In this document: positions 13,242-25,868 of the stretch, piece by piece
Layout of the letters: each line of letters opens with the position of its first letter
Numbering within the stretch: position 1 is the first letter of the stretch
Assembly: GCA_951406725.2 (NCBI GenBank)
Contig: OX597815.1
Location: 172,670,001-172,734,000 of the forward strand
Source: Octopus vulgaris
Lineage: Eukaryota
DNA length: 64,000 bases
Direction: 5' to 3'
Translations under genes and position numbers: made by a program
Notes under the pieces: model-generated
Seen by the model: the letters and a program-made list of their open reading frames with translations, nothing else
Database searches by the model: none
Told to the model about the DNA's origin: nothing

Positions 13242-14537
13242 TGCACATATGCATGCACACACACAAACACACACATAGATATAGATATATGCTAGTGCAG
13301 CATCAGTGCATGCAACAATTACAAAGATAAAAGCTAAGATGGCTACACAGCTGTCAGGTATTGAAGCAGGAATGTGACAGTGTAAATCAAACACTTAATG
13401 AAGATATTATTTGCAATGACTGGCTTGCTAATGAATTCCTAACAACAACAAAAGAAATTTCCAGAATAAAATCTTATAGGTCAGGTAATGGCCATGAAAG
13501 TAGTCAAATTACAGAATACATATTGTGTAGTTTGGATGTGTATAAAGATGACAAATCAGGAATAAAGCATTTTTCAAGTAATAGTTAAGAGAAAAAATAT
13601 CTTTTTAAAAGATACAATTATTAAATTAACTGTTTTTTCTTCTTTATTTATTCAGACATAAAATTTCTTTCTATTGCACCAAGCAACTAATTTTTGATAT
13701 GTTCAAGCCTTAAACGAACAGGATTTTTTCCTGCATTTTGTGTGATATATTTTTCAACCATTTTTCACAGTTGATGACATGAATATAGATTCGTAAGAAT
13801 AGAACAACATCTTGTACTGTGGTACATGACTGAGCTCAATGAGGATAGTATTACATGGGTATATGGTATCTCTTATGATGGTAGGCAATATATTCTTAAT
13901 TTGTCTCCACTGCACATATGCAATGTTCTGTTGTAATGCTTAAACTGAAACCAAAATTTAAACTGCAAGTCATAACCTGAAAAATATCCATACTGAAGTC
14001 CAAAGTAAGTAGTTGTAGACAATAAAATCCTCAAATTGATGACTCTTTGTGCTATATGAGTCACTTGACTGGACAGTTTGATAGTTGTTCAGTTAGTCTC
14101 ATTATAAAAAATTGTGAATTTTGACCAATATCAGCAAATTTTTATGAATATTTGTAGAAGTATGCTACTAGTGAAATCTGACCTATCTTTGAAAAACACT
14201 TCAACTGCTTTAAGTGAAATAGCAGTTCATTGTCAGAGGTAAGAAACTGCTTCTGTTTGTTTGTTATCAAGTGGAAAAGTCTATATTAGTTTGGGTCATC
14301 TACAATAAATTCATAAACTGGGTAACTATCAAAAATAATTTCTGTTCTTGAGATATGCTAGATAGACATAGTGAACAGTAATACCAATATTAGACTGGCA
14401 CATGACTGAGATGAATCAATATGAAGCATATGACCACTTTGAAACATATTGATGGTGTTCAACTTTCATGCATAAAAAATAATAACAAAATTTGTGCCAC
14501 TGCTTCTCCAATAGTAGCAATGGTAACAATTACTTAC

Positions 14538-14671
14538 CCATAAAACTTGCCTCCCCTACCAGAACCTGTGAGCTGGAGCTTCAGGTTTTCCAATTTTGCA
14601 GGACTAGGGATAAATCCAACATCACAGCCTTCTTTAACAGCTCGGCCAATCCACCAATCATTACTGAATTT
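14538..14671 (-). CDS. CACNB: Cav beta exon, SH3 domain part 2 and start of HOOK ([45 protein letters not shown])
   Basis: Acceptor ttattgtag, donor gtaagt, 134 nt, phase 0/2. Contains the NDWWIGR..KEGC..GFIPSP.KLE motif. Confidence 0.98.
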
Positions 14672-15562
14672 CTACAATAAAAATTTGACAAGAATACGGT
14701 TTTTATTAATTCATTTAATGTTCAAGATAGAATTATGATTCTTTACCAGTTTTGATTCTAAATATGACTAAATTTTATATTTGGCCTCTAAGGAAATATT
14801 CTTGCACAATACTTCAGGCTAACACCAAATATGATAAAGAAATACATCTTAATGTGATTGGTGAAAAATGACCTTCAATTTTTATTATATCCATCAAGAG
14901 ATGACACTCTTGCCTTTGAGTGTTGATAAAAAGTTAACAAATGGGAACACTGAAACAGTATAAAAGTGTATCTTTCTGACCAATGACATACTATTATCCT
15001 GTAAAATCAAGTGTAACTTGGAAAAAAACAGAGAAGTTTTAAATCAAAACTGAAGCAAAAAAATGACATAACAGTTAAAATTGTTTCCAACATGACGTTC
15101 ACAATGCTATGTTGTTATCCAGTATCTAATTAACAGTACCTATAGCAAAAACAGACAAGCTGGTTACAGTTAATTGGCAATAGTTTTGTTGGAGTTGGGA
15201 CAGACCACTGTTTAAATGTGAAGGTTTATCCCCTTTTTTTGCTGCTTTTTGGGGGGATGGGTGGGTTTAAAAGAAAATATAGTAGTGATAAGATTTTGGC
15301 ATAGTTACTATGGAAATACTGAAGTTTCCATATGTTGACAAATAGTAGGGTCAGTGAGTACATCAGGTATACTTTTTTATATCATTTGCTTTATTCTTTC
15401 CTGTTTATTTTAAAACGAGTGAAGGTCATTTCAAGCTGTGTGTAACAGATGTCTTTTATGTTTGTCTTTTGTGTGTGTGGAATGTTAGCTTTGTTGTGTG
15501 TGATATAAAAAAAAGAATATCATGCTTTCTATGTATGATGGCTTGCTTTAGTGTTACATTAA

Positions 15563-15763
15563 CCCATTAAGATTTGGCCCAAATATTCTACCAGTTTTAT
15601 GTTCAAAACATGCAGATCTGGCCTCTCATACCTATCCTACAATATCATTCTAAAAATAATGACATTATCGAAATTGCCAAGCTATGATATAATGCATGAA
15701 TAATTCGAAACATTGTGAGTAAATAAGCATTACATTTAGCAGAATAAACTGAATGCTAAAGTA
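15563..15763 (+). mobile_element. piggyBac-like MITE (TTAA target)
   Basis: TTAA on both sides (15559-62, 15764-67); right end GAATGCTAAAG. Related copies at about 53330-53512(-) and 63745-63910(+), the latter starting TTAAGCCTTTAGCATT. Confidence 0.5.
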
Positions 15764-16869
15764 TTAATCCATTTATGTGATGCTAGAACTTTGTTTGGTG
15801 GATTTGTTGTGTGGATGATTGCATACTCTGCTCAATGTAGCAACTGAACTCCTTAGAAAGTATCCTTACAGCATATAAAATAGGAATCACATACAAGATC
15901 CAAAACTTTGAGCAATATACACACAACAACGATTGTTTGTCAATAACAAGAACACAGAACCATGAAATTGTGAACAAATACAACAGAAAACCAATTTGAA
16001 GGTACCTTAGGGATAAATATTTGTAGATAACATAATGATGCTTACTAAGATATCAAGATCCCAATATGAATGCAACAAATAATGCCAATGTCTAATCTAT
16101 GGAATGACTCCAATTGCTGATGAAAAGAAAATGGCTTCATAATGCAAAATTAAGATATGTACAAATACCACCACAAGGATAAAATTTAAATGAAAAGAAA
16201 GGGGAAAACTAAAAAGGAAAAGAATATACAGAAGTGGCATAAGGAGAAAATATATATTGGCCTTTTTAGAAACAACTTACCTAACAGTGACAGCATAATA
16301 AAATACACCCGGTTGACATTGCAAAGTGGTGGGTGAGAGGAAGAGCATCCCACAAAAAATATGTCAAAAATGAAAGAAATGACAAGAAAACTTGAACTCT
16401 GCAAGTATCAACACAAGAGAACTGTAACTTTAAGTACAACCACTTCTAGTGTTGGTGCATGATACAATGCACTTAACCCATGCTGTGGTGAGGCCTGTGA
16501 TAGGAAGAGTATCCAGCCATAAAAATTATGCCAAAAATATGATAGATATGGCAAAGGCAGCTAGTTTTTTATGTTCCTTATTTACCAAAGGATAAAAGAG
16601 TGAAATGAGAAGCAGGATGGTGTGAGATCCACCCAACCCATGTGAGCATTGGAAAAGAGATGTATGATGATGATAATATCAAGGATGGAATGATGATGAT
16701 ATGCAATAAAGACATATATTTAACTATAATTTCAGAGTAGTTAATTATGATGGTTAGTTTTTAGACACACACACACACACATACATATGCACACACATCA
16801 TTCTAATTAATTATTATTGAGCATATAATACATATATATACACACATATATATATATATACATACACAT

Positions 16870-17400
16870 AAAATCATACTAAAAGGATTACCACTGGTGC
16901 TAAAAAATAAGATGATATTACCTTCAAATAAAAGGTACAGCAATGAGCATGAAAGTCATACTCACTGCTGTGACACTAATGATGGAATTCTTAGTAGAAA
17001 ACATCTATATCCAATCCAAGTTTATTTTTGATCAGCATTTCCAATCTCATTTAGAAGATAATTGGAAAAGAGTCCTAGATAACTGTTTCATAGTTTGGAA
17101 CAGAAATAAGAAAGACATTATAAAGAGTCCATAAATTAATCAATAATATTGATGAATCAATACAGGTCACACTGGAAATGAGCGAAGAGGAACTTTCACT
17201 TCTGGACATTTTGATAATTAAGGAAAATAAAACTATTTAAAACTGATCTCTATAGCAAAGCCATTGACACACCAATACTTAGAATTTAACTCTCACTATC
17301 CATCCCATAGTGAAAGAAATCTTATTTAATATGGCAAGACATATATGTGCATTAGTTACAGACTAAACTAGATGAGAGAGAGAACTGAAAAAAATTAAAA
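16870..17400 (+). mobile_element. Penelope-like element reverse transcriptase fragment (decayed)
   Basis: YLQIKGTAMS (GTAMG motif), degenerate ..VLDNCFIVW (YxDD region), IQVTLEMSEEELSLLDILI and TDLYSK...QYLEFNSH. Confidence 0.8.
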
Positions 17401-17584
17401 AATGTGCGTATATATATATATATATATACACTCAAGGAGTGGTTGGCGTTAGGAAGGGCATCCAGCCGTAGAAACACTGCCAGATCTGACTGGGCCTGAT
17501 GAAGCCTTCCAGCTTCACAGATCCCAGTTGAACCGTCCAACCCATGCTAGCATGGAAAACGGACGCTAAATGATGATGATGATG

Positions 17585-17616
<32 letters not shown>

Positions 17617-18559
17617 ATGTGTGTGTGCGCATGTGTGTGTGTATATATATATATATATAATGTGTGTGTATGTATTCATTGATACACACACACACACACA
17701 CAAATTCTAAATAACAATATGTATATTTTTGATTTAAAATAATTTACAAAATATTTGCCAAATCTTCACCATCAGCTTATATATTCTGTATATCGACTGC
17801 ACTAAAGTTGAATAGACCTATGCTGAGAGAAATCATCCTCTCCTAGTTACACGACATTTGTTACAATCTGTCAACAAAATTCCAACTTGTAGCAAGCTTG
17901 ATTTAAGTAAACTTATATTTACTATTACGAAAGAAAGGTTTTTAGCATGTCATTATATAATTATTTCTTTATGAAAAAGTTTCAAATAAGTTTGGAAAAA
18001 ATTCATATGAAGCATATGTGTGTGTGTGAGTGTGTAATTGTCATTATCATCATCATTGTCTAAACAGTTTCCATGCTTGCATGGGTCAGAAGGAATCTAT
18101 TAAGGCAAATTTTCTATGGTCAGATGCCCCCCACCCATCCCTGTCACCAACACACACCTGTTACCAAGCAAAGCAATGTTTTCTATAGCCAAACATGTTT
18201 TTCCGAGAAGACTGAAAATGAACAAAGCTTGTTTACAACCACTGTAAGATGTCAAGACAAGGACACACAGATGCATGCACACACACACACATATATATAA
18301 GTACATATATACCCTGTATGTACAGTTAGATGTACAACTACAACAGTATGAGTTAAAGCTCCATGTAGATTATCCTTATCCAACCAGCTTCCAGTATACT
18401 GTTTAGTCTACCACTATACTTAGCAGTGTTACAATCTATGATATACTGAGCATATATAGTAGAAAATTACAATTAACATAAACATAGATTATTAGTTCCT
18501 ACATACGTTTCATGGTTGCAGTTATTTGGAACTCAGTATCAAGTGCATTTGGATGCTTA

Positions 18560-19085
18560 ACTGCAATGGACCATCAGGGGAACAATTTATTGCAGTAGGG
18601 TGGGGTATGCTCTGAGAGCATAGCTGCTAGAATAAGAATAGCCTGAACAAAGTTTAAAGAGCTCCTACCTCTGCTGGTAACAAAGGGCTTCTCGCTCAGA
18701 GTGAAAGGTAGACTGTATGATGCATGTGTGTGAACAGCCATGCTACACAGCAGTGAAACATGGGCTGTGACTGCTGAGGACATGCATAAGCTTGCAAAGA
18801 ATGAAGCCAGTATGCTCTGCTGGATGTGTAATGTCAGTGTGCATACTCAACAGAGTGTAAGTGCCTTGAGAGAAAAGTTTGACCTAAGAAGCATCAGATG
18901 TGGTGTGCAAAAGAGACGACTGCACTTGTATGGTCATGTGGCGAGAATGGATGAGGAAAGCTGTGTGAAAAAGTGGTTGAGGGAACCTGTGGAAGAAGTA
19001 GACCCAGAAAGACCTGGGATGAAGTGGTGAAGCACGACCTTCGAACATTAGGCCTCACTGAGGCAATGACTAGTGACCGAGACCT
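18560..19085 (+). mobile_element. RTE-clade LINE ORF C-terminal fragment
   Basis: RIRIA*TKFKELLPLLVTKGFSLRVKGRLYDACV*TAMLHSSETWAV...RRLHLYGHVARMDE...RPRKTWDEVVKHDL. Confidence 0.88.
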
Positions 19086-19221
19086 TTCTCTTATTCCTTT
19101 TTGTTCAAGAGTGTAGGCTCAAAACGTAAAAGACTTTCTCACTTTCCCGAGTGTCTAATTAATACACCTGCTTGTTGTTCATACACCTGTCTTCATCCTT
19201 TGTTTTACTGTAAATTTCAAC

Positions 19222-19253
<32 letters not shown>

Positions 19254-19364
19254 AATGTGTGTTGTATTTCAGGATGGTCATTTTTTTTTGCCAAATAAAC
19301 ACATGCACTAAATATTTGTTCTTCACTCATTTATTACTGTTCTTATTCTAACACATGTCCATTG

Positions 19365-19406
19365 ATCAGAAATCTTTCATCACACATTTGTGACCTCCTC
19401 AGTGAC
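19365..19406 (-). ncRNA. Minimal type-I hammerhead ribozyme fold
   Basis: GUCA-CUGAGGA-G-GUCACA(aaug)UGUGAU-GAAA-GAUU-UC/UGAU: both core boxes, 6-bp stem II, 4-bp stem I and a UC cleavage site. Confidence 0.65.
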
Positions 19407-19512
19407 ACTTTCTGTCTTTGTGTGTGTTCTTGCTCTGCTTCTTCTATTCTGTTCTTGTATGATGTGTATCCATATATGTGCATGCATCTGTGTTTGTGTG
19501 TGTACATGTACA

Positions 19513-19548
<36 letters not shown>

Positions 19549-19790
19549 ATTGTTCTTAATAGCACTGACACCCCTTCAGCCCATCCCCTACCCCGTTGCC
19601 ACTGCTACTGCCTTTGAACCTGGGCTCAATGTGGCAACAGAGTAGGGGACAGGGCTGTGGGGAGGACATAGTGCTACTAATAATCACACACACACACACA
19701 CAAACACAGACGCATGCACACATAAGGATACACATCATAGAAGAATAGAATGGAATAAGCAGAGCAAGAGCATACATGAAGACAAAAAGT

Positions 19791-19833
19791 GTCACTGATG
19801 AGGTCACAGATGTGTGATGAAAGATTTCTGGAC
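19791..19833 (+). ncRNA. Minimal type-I hammerhead ribozyme fold
   Basis: GUCA-CUGAUGA-G-GUCACA(gaug)UGUGAU-GAAA-GAUU-UC/UGGAC; this is the mirror copy in the opposite arm of the fold-back. Confidence 0.65.
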
Positions 19834-20054
19834 AATGGACATGCGTTAGAATAAGAACAAAAACAAATGAGTGAGGAATGAATATACAGTGCATATGTTT
19901 ATTTGGCAAAAAAAAAAGAAAAGAAAAGTAAAAAGAACATCCTGAAATACAACAATATCTGTTTCAACACAACTTCACATAAGGAATCTTGCAACACAAA
20001 TTCATAAAATGTATATATGTGTGGTTCTTTTTCAGATATATGATACAATGACGA

Positions 20055-20103
<49 letters not shown>

Positions 20104-20206
20104 AATATTTGTTGTGCAAGATTTTTTATGTGAAGTCGTGTGTTGAAACAGATATGGCTAAACTGGCAATATGACCATTCCGAAATATATATATATATAT
20201 ATATAT

Positions 20207-20287
<81 letters not shown>

Positions 20288-20525
20288 TATATCATTTGTA
20301 AAAAACATAAATCTGAAAGAAGAAGCACACTTTAAGATGTACAATTGTTTGTAAAATATATGTATTAATATATATATATTGCTCTACATCATAGAGTGTG
20401 CTTCTTCTTGAGCTATAATTTATATATATATATACACATACACATTCATATATACATATACATACACATACATATATACATATACATATACATGCAAACA
20501 CACAAACATGTATGTGTTTATATAT

Positions 20526-20571
<46 letters not shown>

Positions 20572-21246
20572 TATATTTGTTTCAGTCATCAGACTGCAGC
20601 CATGCTGGGGCACTGCCTTGTGTGTGTATGTATATATATATACATCGGGCGATATGATATGCTTGGGAAGACCTGTTGAGTCAAATAAAATCAATATCAT
20701 AGCTGGGGTTGGTGTCTGTAACTGGCTCCCATGCTGGTGGCACGTAAAGAGCACCATCCAAACATGGTCAATGCCAGGTCCACCTGACTGACTTCCATGC
20801 TGGTGGCATGTAAAAAGCACCATCCTGCCTGGAAATGATCACGTTTATGTGCCGGTGGCACATTAAAAGCACCCACTACACTCTCAGAGTGGTTGGCATT
20901 AAGAAGGGCATCGGCTGTAGAAGCAATTCCAGATTGGAATTGGAAGCCTGGTGATTGGAGCCTGATGCAGCCGCTGGCTCTCCAGACCTCAATTAAACTG
21001 TCCAACCCATGCCAGCATGGAAACCGAATGTTAAACGATGATGATGATGATGGTGATGATAGCCTCGTCTGGCACCTGTGTCGGTGGCACATAAAATCAC
21101 CCACTACACTCTTGGAGTGGTTGGCATTAGGAAGGGCATCCAGCTGTAGAAACACTGCCAGATCTGACTGGCCTGGTGCAGCCTTCGGGCTCCCCAGACC
21201 CCAGTTGAACCGTCCAACCCATGCTAGCATGGAAAGCGGACGTTAA

Positions 21247-21278
<32 letters not shown>

Positions 21279-21415
21279 ATATATATATATGTATATATAC
21301 AAATGATACAGATATACATGTATATAGATATATATATATTACACACACACACATATACACACACATAGATACACATACATATACATATATAAATACATAC
21401 ACACACACACATATA

Positions 21416-21421
<6 letters not shown>

Positions 21422-21451
<30 letters not shown>

Positions 21452-21520
21452 TGTATGTATGTATGTATGTATGTATGTATGTATGTATGTATGTATGTAT
21501 GTATGTATGTATGTATGTAT
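21422..21520. repeat. (TATG)n tetranucleotide repeat
   Basis: Direct observation. Confidence 0.98.
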
Positions 21521-22278
21521 ATCATCATCATCGTTTAACGTCGAATCATATTGAAACATACGTGTCATAAAATTATGATCTAATTGAAGTGAAACAGCAG
21601 CATTTCAGTGGAAATCATATGGTAGAATAGTGTTACACATACCTAACCATTGAGACAGTAGGCAGTAGTTAAGGACATTTACCAAAAGTATGAAGTTTTT
21701 TTTTATTGTTACTCCTTATATTATTTGTATATCTGTTCTTTTGAGGTTTTTAGCACAATAATTACTTTAAAAAAGACCTATTCAACAAGTCTTTGTAATT
21801 ATCACCATCTTTAATAAGTATCTTTCAAAAACAAAACCTTTACATATGCAAGCCATGAACTCGTTAACCTAGTCATATATTCATAGTAATCAATAAATTC
21901 TAGCACAACTACTAAAAATTCAACTACACTGGCCTACTATCATTCATTCCACTCCTACCATTCTCTAGAGGGTCTAGGCTTGCTAAGTATACTACCCATC
22001 CTTAGGGAAGCATGATGACATATCACAACATAACACAATGTGATTGATAGTTTAGTGCCATTAGAGAGACAACTAAACTTCAAGGAATTGTTAAGTGTTA
22101 GAACTGTATTTTATAATGTACTAGCAAGTGTTTTGCTTACTTTATTTGCTGGTAATATTTTAGTGCAAACAGTGAAATGAATGGATGTTATTGTCTGTGG
22201 CATAATGACAAACACATTTTCATTTCATTAAAATATTAATAGTATAGCCAAGAAGAATGTTTAGAAAGTGTTACTTAC

Positions 22279-22401
22279 CTCCAGTATGTGCAAGAAGTCC
22301 TTGCATGTGAAGGAGATGGCATATCCATGGACTGGGGAGTCATCGTCCAATGAAGCATCAAAGGAAACATTTGTCCTCACAGCGAAGGCCACAGGTTTCC
22401 T
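22279..22401 (-). CDS. CACNB: Cav beta exon, SH3 domain part 1 ([41 protein letters not shown])
   Basis: Acceptor ctatttcag, donor gtaagt, 123 nt, phase 0/0. Contains the diagnostic [11 protein letters not shown] and DFLH motifs. Confidence 0.98.
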
Positions 22402-22936
22402 CTGAAATAGAATGAAAAAAATATAAACAATAAATTGATGAGCATGAGAGGAGGGAGAAGAGCGTAAGAGAGCGCAAGAGATAGGGGGAAAGAGAGAAAG
22501 AATGGGGAGAGGTTTAAGAGATGTAGCATTTTACAACATTGCTTTTATCTTTTCATTATTTTATTGTTTTTCAATATTAATGTTCTCTTCAATAAAATTA
22601 ATGTGCCATTTTTGATGAGTAACATGAAAGATCATATTTTTTTTTATTCAAAAGAGTAAAACCACTGCTTTCCTATCATGGTTATATTGCATTTAGCAAT
22701 ATCAGTCTTAAAATTGATTCTTAATTAGTCTATTGATAAAACCTCTCTCAACTATAGGGAACATGGTCTATGCCATGAGTCCTAACCATACATATTGTCA
22801 TTCTAACTTTGATATTGTTATTGCTATAGTTGTTCTCTTCCTTTTGTCACCACAATCATCATCAGCATTGTTTCATTGTATAGCTTTTGTCCAAGACTAA
22901 TCATATACCATCTCATCTTGTAGATATGTTTTAAAA

Positions 22937-23181
22937 GCTGGCAGAAACGTTAGCACGCCGGGAGAGATGCTTAGTGGTATTTCATCTGTCTTTACGTTCC
23001 GAGTTCAAATTTCGCTGAGGTCGACTTTGCCTTTCATCCTTTCAGGGTCGATAAATTAAGTACTAGTTACGCACTTTTGCACTGTTATTTATTGAGTTTA
23101 CTGCCAATATAATCGACTTAGTCTGTTTGTCTGTCCTTGTTTGTCTCCTCTGTGTGTAGCTCCTTGTGGGTAGTAAAGAAA
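22937..23181 (+). mobile_element. Deu/Nin-domain-like SINE with 16-bp target site duplication
   Basis: TSD TAGATATGTTTTAAAA at 22921-36 and 23182-97. Core CCTTTCATCCTTTC.GGGTCGATAAATTAAGTAC. Related copies near 31480, 48100(-) and 62030. Confidence 0.88.
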
Positions 23182-25482
23182 TAGATATGTTTTAAAAACT
23201 TTGACACAAATCTATGATTTGAAAAGAGAATTTTATTGCCATAAATCTATGATTTGAAGAGAGAATTTTATTGCCATTGCTCCTAAAACCCTAAAACTCA
23301 CCACATTCTTGTCACACACATCTCTACTATTAACCACACTATTTCACTTTTTTCTTTCCTAGCATTTATATTGTTTCATGCAGGGGTCACTTGCTCTTAT
23401 TGATGCAATTAACATATAACTCAAATCAATGCATTGTTATGTCTATTGGAAACTTATCACTGAAAGCTGGATGTTGAAAGGACCCGTTTTCCTACTTCAA
23501 GAAGACTGGTGATAGAAATCCAGAATTTGAACTCAGAACATAAAGAGACAGTCCAACATTCTAACAAATTCCATCACTCCACTATCCTGTACTAGTACCT
23601 TATTTATCAGCCCCAGAAGGATGAAAAGCAAAATTAACTTAGTATGATTTGAACTCAGACAACAAAAAGACAGAGAAAAATACTACCATATATTCTACAC
23701 AATGCCTTAATGATCACCAAGTTGCAGTTCTTAATCATGTCAATAACAGGACATATGAACTAATTTTAGTGTATTATTCAAGCTACCTTAGACAGTGATC
23801 TCTTATGCTGTTAATTACTTCTAGCACATTTGGTGCTGCTACTTCTTTGACATTTTTGTATACCTAATGTTTCCCTTGAGTGCTAAATTCCTGCTTCTTT
23901 CCATCCTGTATACTGACCAGAATCATTTCTTTAATGCTGTTTGACTTCTGTGCCCCTGATACTAATTACCACTTTAATTATTAGCATATTTACACTTCCA
24001 ATTTTTTTCTGTACAGCTTCAGTTATGAATTTCAGATTAAGTTAAACAAATGAATAACAACAAAACTTCAGAGACACTCACACCAATTTTGCACTGTTAT
24101 TTATTGGGTTTACTGCCAATTCTTACTCTATGTTTTTTTCAGCATGATTGTACATTATACAGTAAGCATAGTATGGCTAAATAGTTAAGAACTTTGCTTC
24201 ACAATGGCAAAGATGATCTCAGGTTCAATTCCACTGTGTGTTACCTTAACCAAATACCATTTTCTATAGCCTTAGGCCAATCCATATCTAGTGAGTGAAA
24301 CTGGGAGATGGACACTGTATCTTCCTGTTAAGCGGGTTGCATCTGTTATTCAAAAGGTGCGGCCTTGTCACACAATGTGTCATTGATTCTACCTGAGAAT
24401 TACATCAAAGGTCCATGTATCTGGAGAATGCCAAGATACTTACACATTGTTTCAGAAGTATTTTAGTTGGCTGAGCAACTGAACTCTCATCACTGAATGA
24501 CAGAGCCCAACCAATCAACAAAACACCTTTAATAATAAATAGATGTGACTGTGTCAAAGATTTGCAATTTAGTTGTCTGACTAGAAATATAGCAAATGAG
24601 TTTTTATGTGGTAGAATTTAAGCATAGTTGCTGCTTCATGCATAAACATGTCTTGCTTTATTTATCATTTACAGTTTTATTCTCTATGATTGCCTTCTAC
24701 AAAATTGCCACTTTCCTGACTTAAAATTCATTTATTGACTCCAATATTGGTTTAGCTTGCAATAGTGCAGGCTCACATCTACACAACATTTATAAAGTGT
24801 ACAAGACAGCCTGCACTATCATGCTAATCTCTACCTGCTTTTCTATCCATTCAAGAATTTACAATTGTCATGTGGAAACTGACTCACATCAAAGCCTCTT
24901 TTTAAAACTTGTACTAATATTTCTTTAACTACAATTGTTTCCCAACATACAGACAAATGATATTTCCTTGATACTGTTTGACTTCTGTGGCTCCTGCTAC
25001 TAACTACCGCTTTAGTCATTTGCATATTTACACTTCCACATTACTTTTGTAGCTTCAAAAATTCATTCTACACAGGCTGGGCTCATTTCTCGCTAGGGAA
25101 ACATTCAAAGTGGCTGTCAATATCATTAGTGTCATTTTATTGATTCAATTTTTTTTTTAATTGAGGTTACTTCAGCATACAACTATATACAAATAGAAAT
25201 AACAAGCATAAAAATAAAACCCTATTACATATGTAAATTATAATTATATATATCTGATAGTAGGACAGTCTGTTACCACAAGTAATGTAAAGTAACAAGC
25301 TACCAACAGATATGAGTTCGTTAAGATAACTGATACTGTAGTGTTTGAAACTCTCATTTTTCTTTAAATGAAACTTGGGGTAACATTCAGTATAGATTAA
25401 AAACATACAGTGCTTCAGAAATGATTTTAGTAATATATTTTTAAACAGAAAGGACTGGCTTGAATTAAATTTAGTTCATATT

Positions 25483-25868
25483 TTTTTCTACTCTAGGCAC
25501 AAGGCCCGAAATTTGGGGGGAGGGGGCTAGTCAATTAGATCCATCCCAGTACGCAACTAGTACTTAATTTATCAACCCTGAAAGGATGAAAGGCAAAGTC
25601 AACCTCGGCAGAATTTGAACTCAGAACATAAAGACAGACGAAATACCTATTTCTTTACTACCCACAAGGGGCTACACACAGAGGGGACAAACAAATTAAG
25701 TCGATTATATCGACCTCAGTGCGTAACTGGTACTTAATTTATCAACCCCGAAAGGATGAAAGGCAAAGTCAACCTCGGCAGAATTTGAACTCAGAACATA
25801 AAGACAGAAGAAATACTGCTAAGCATTTTGTCTGGCGTGCTAACATTTCTGCCAGCTTGCCACCTTAG
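25483..25868 (-). mobile_element. Deu/Nin-domain-like SINE with internal duplication and 14-bp TSD
   Basis: TSD ATTTAGTTCATATT at 25469-82 and 25869-82. An approximately 90-bp core is repeated at about 25555 and 25725. Confidence 0.88.

Larger units (their letters stand above)
19260..19954. repeat. About 695-bp imperfect fold-back (inverted repeat) element
   Basis: Arms of about 340 bp, from TGTTGTATTTCAGGATG / CATCCTGAAATACAACA inward to GTTGCCAC / GTGGCAAC, with a 28-nt spacer (19603-19630). Confidence 0.93.

Noticed and set aside
19955-19985. GAAACAGATATTGTT / GAAACAAATTTTGTT (minus strand here and at 62650-62665) as additional hammerheads
   Set aside because: Stem III-like pairing is present but there is no CUGANGA box or stem II.
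20726-20885. Spaced direct repeats (GGTGGCA.GTAAA.AGCACC) resembling a CRISPR array; similar units at 29270-29400
   Set aside because: Eukaryotic context, irregular spacing and no cas genes. The unit is an internal motif of the (GAT)n-tailed SINE family.
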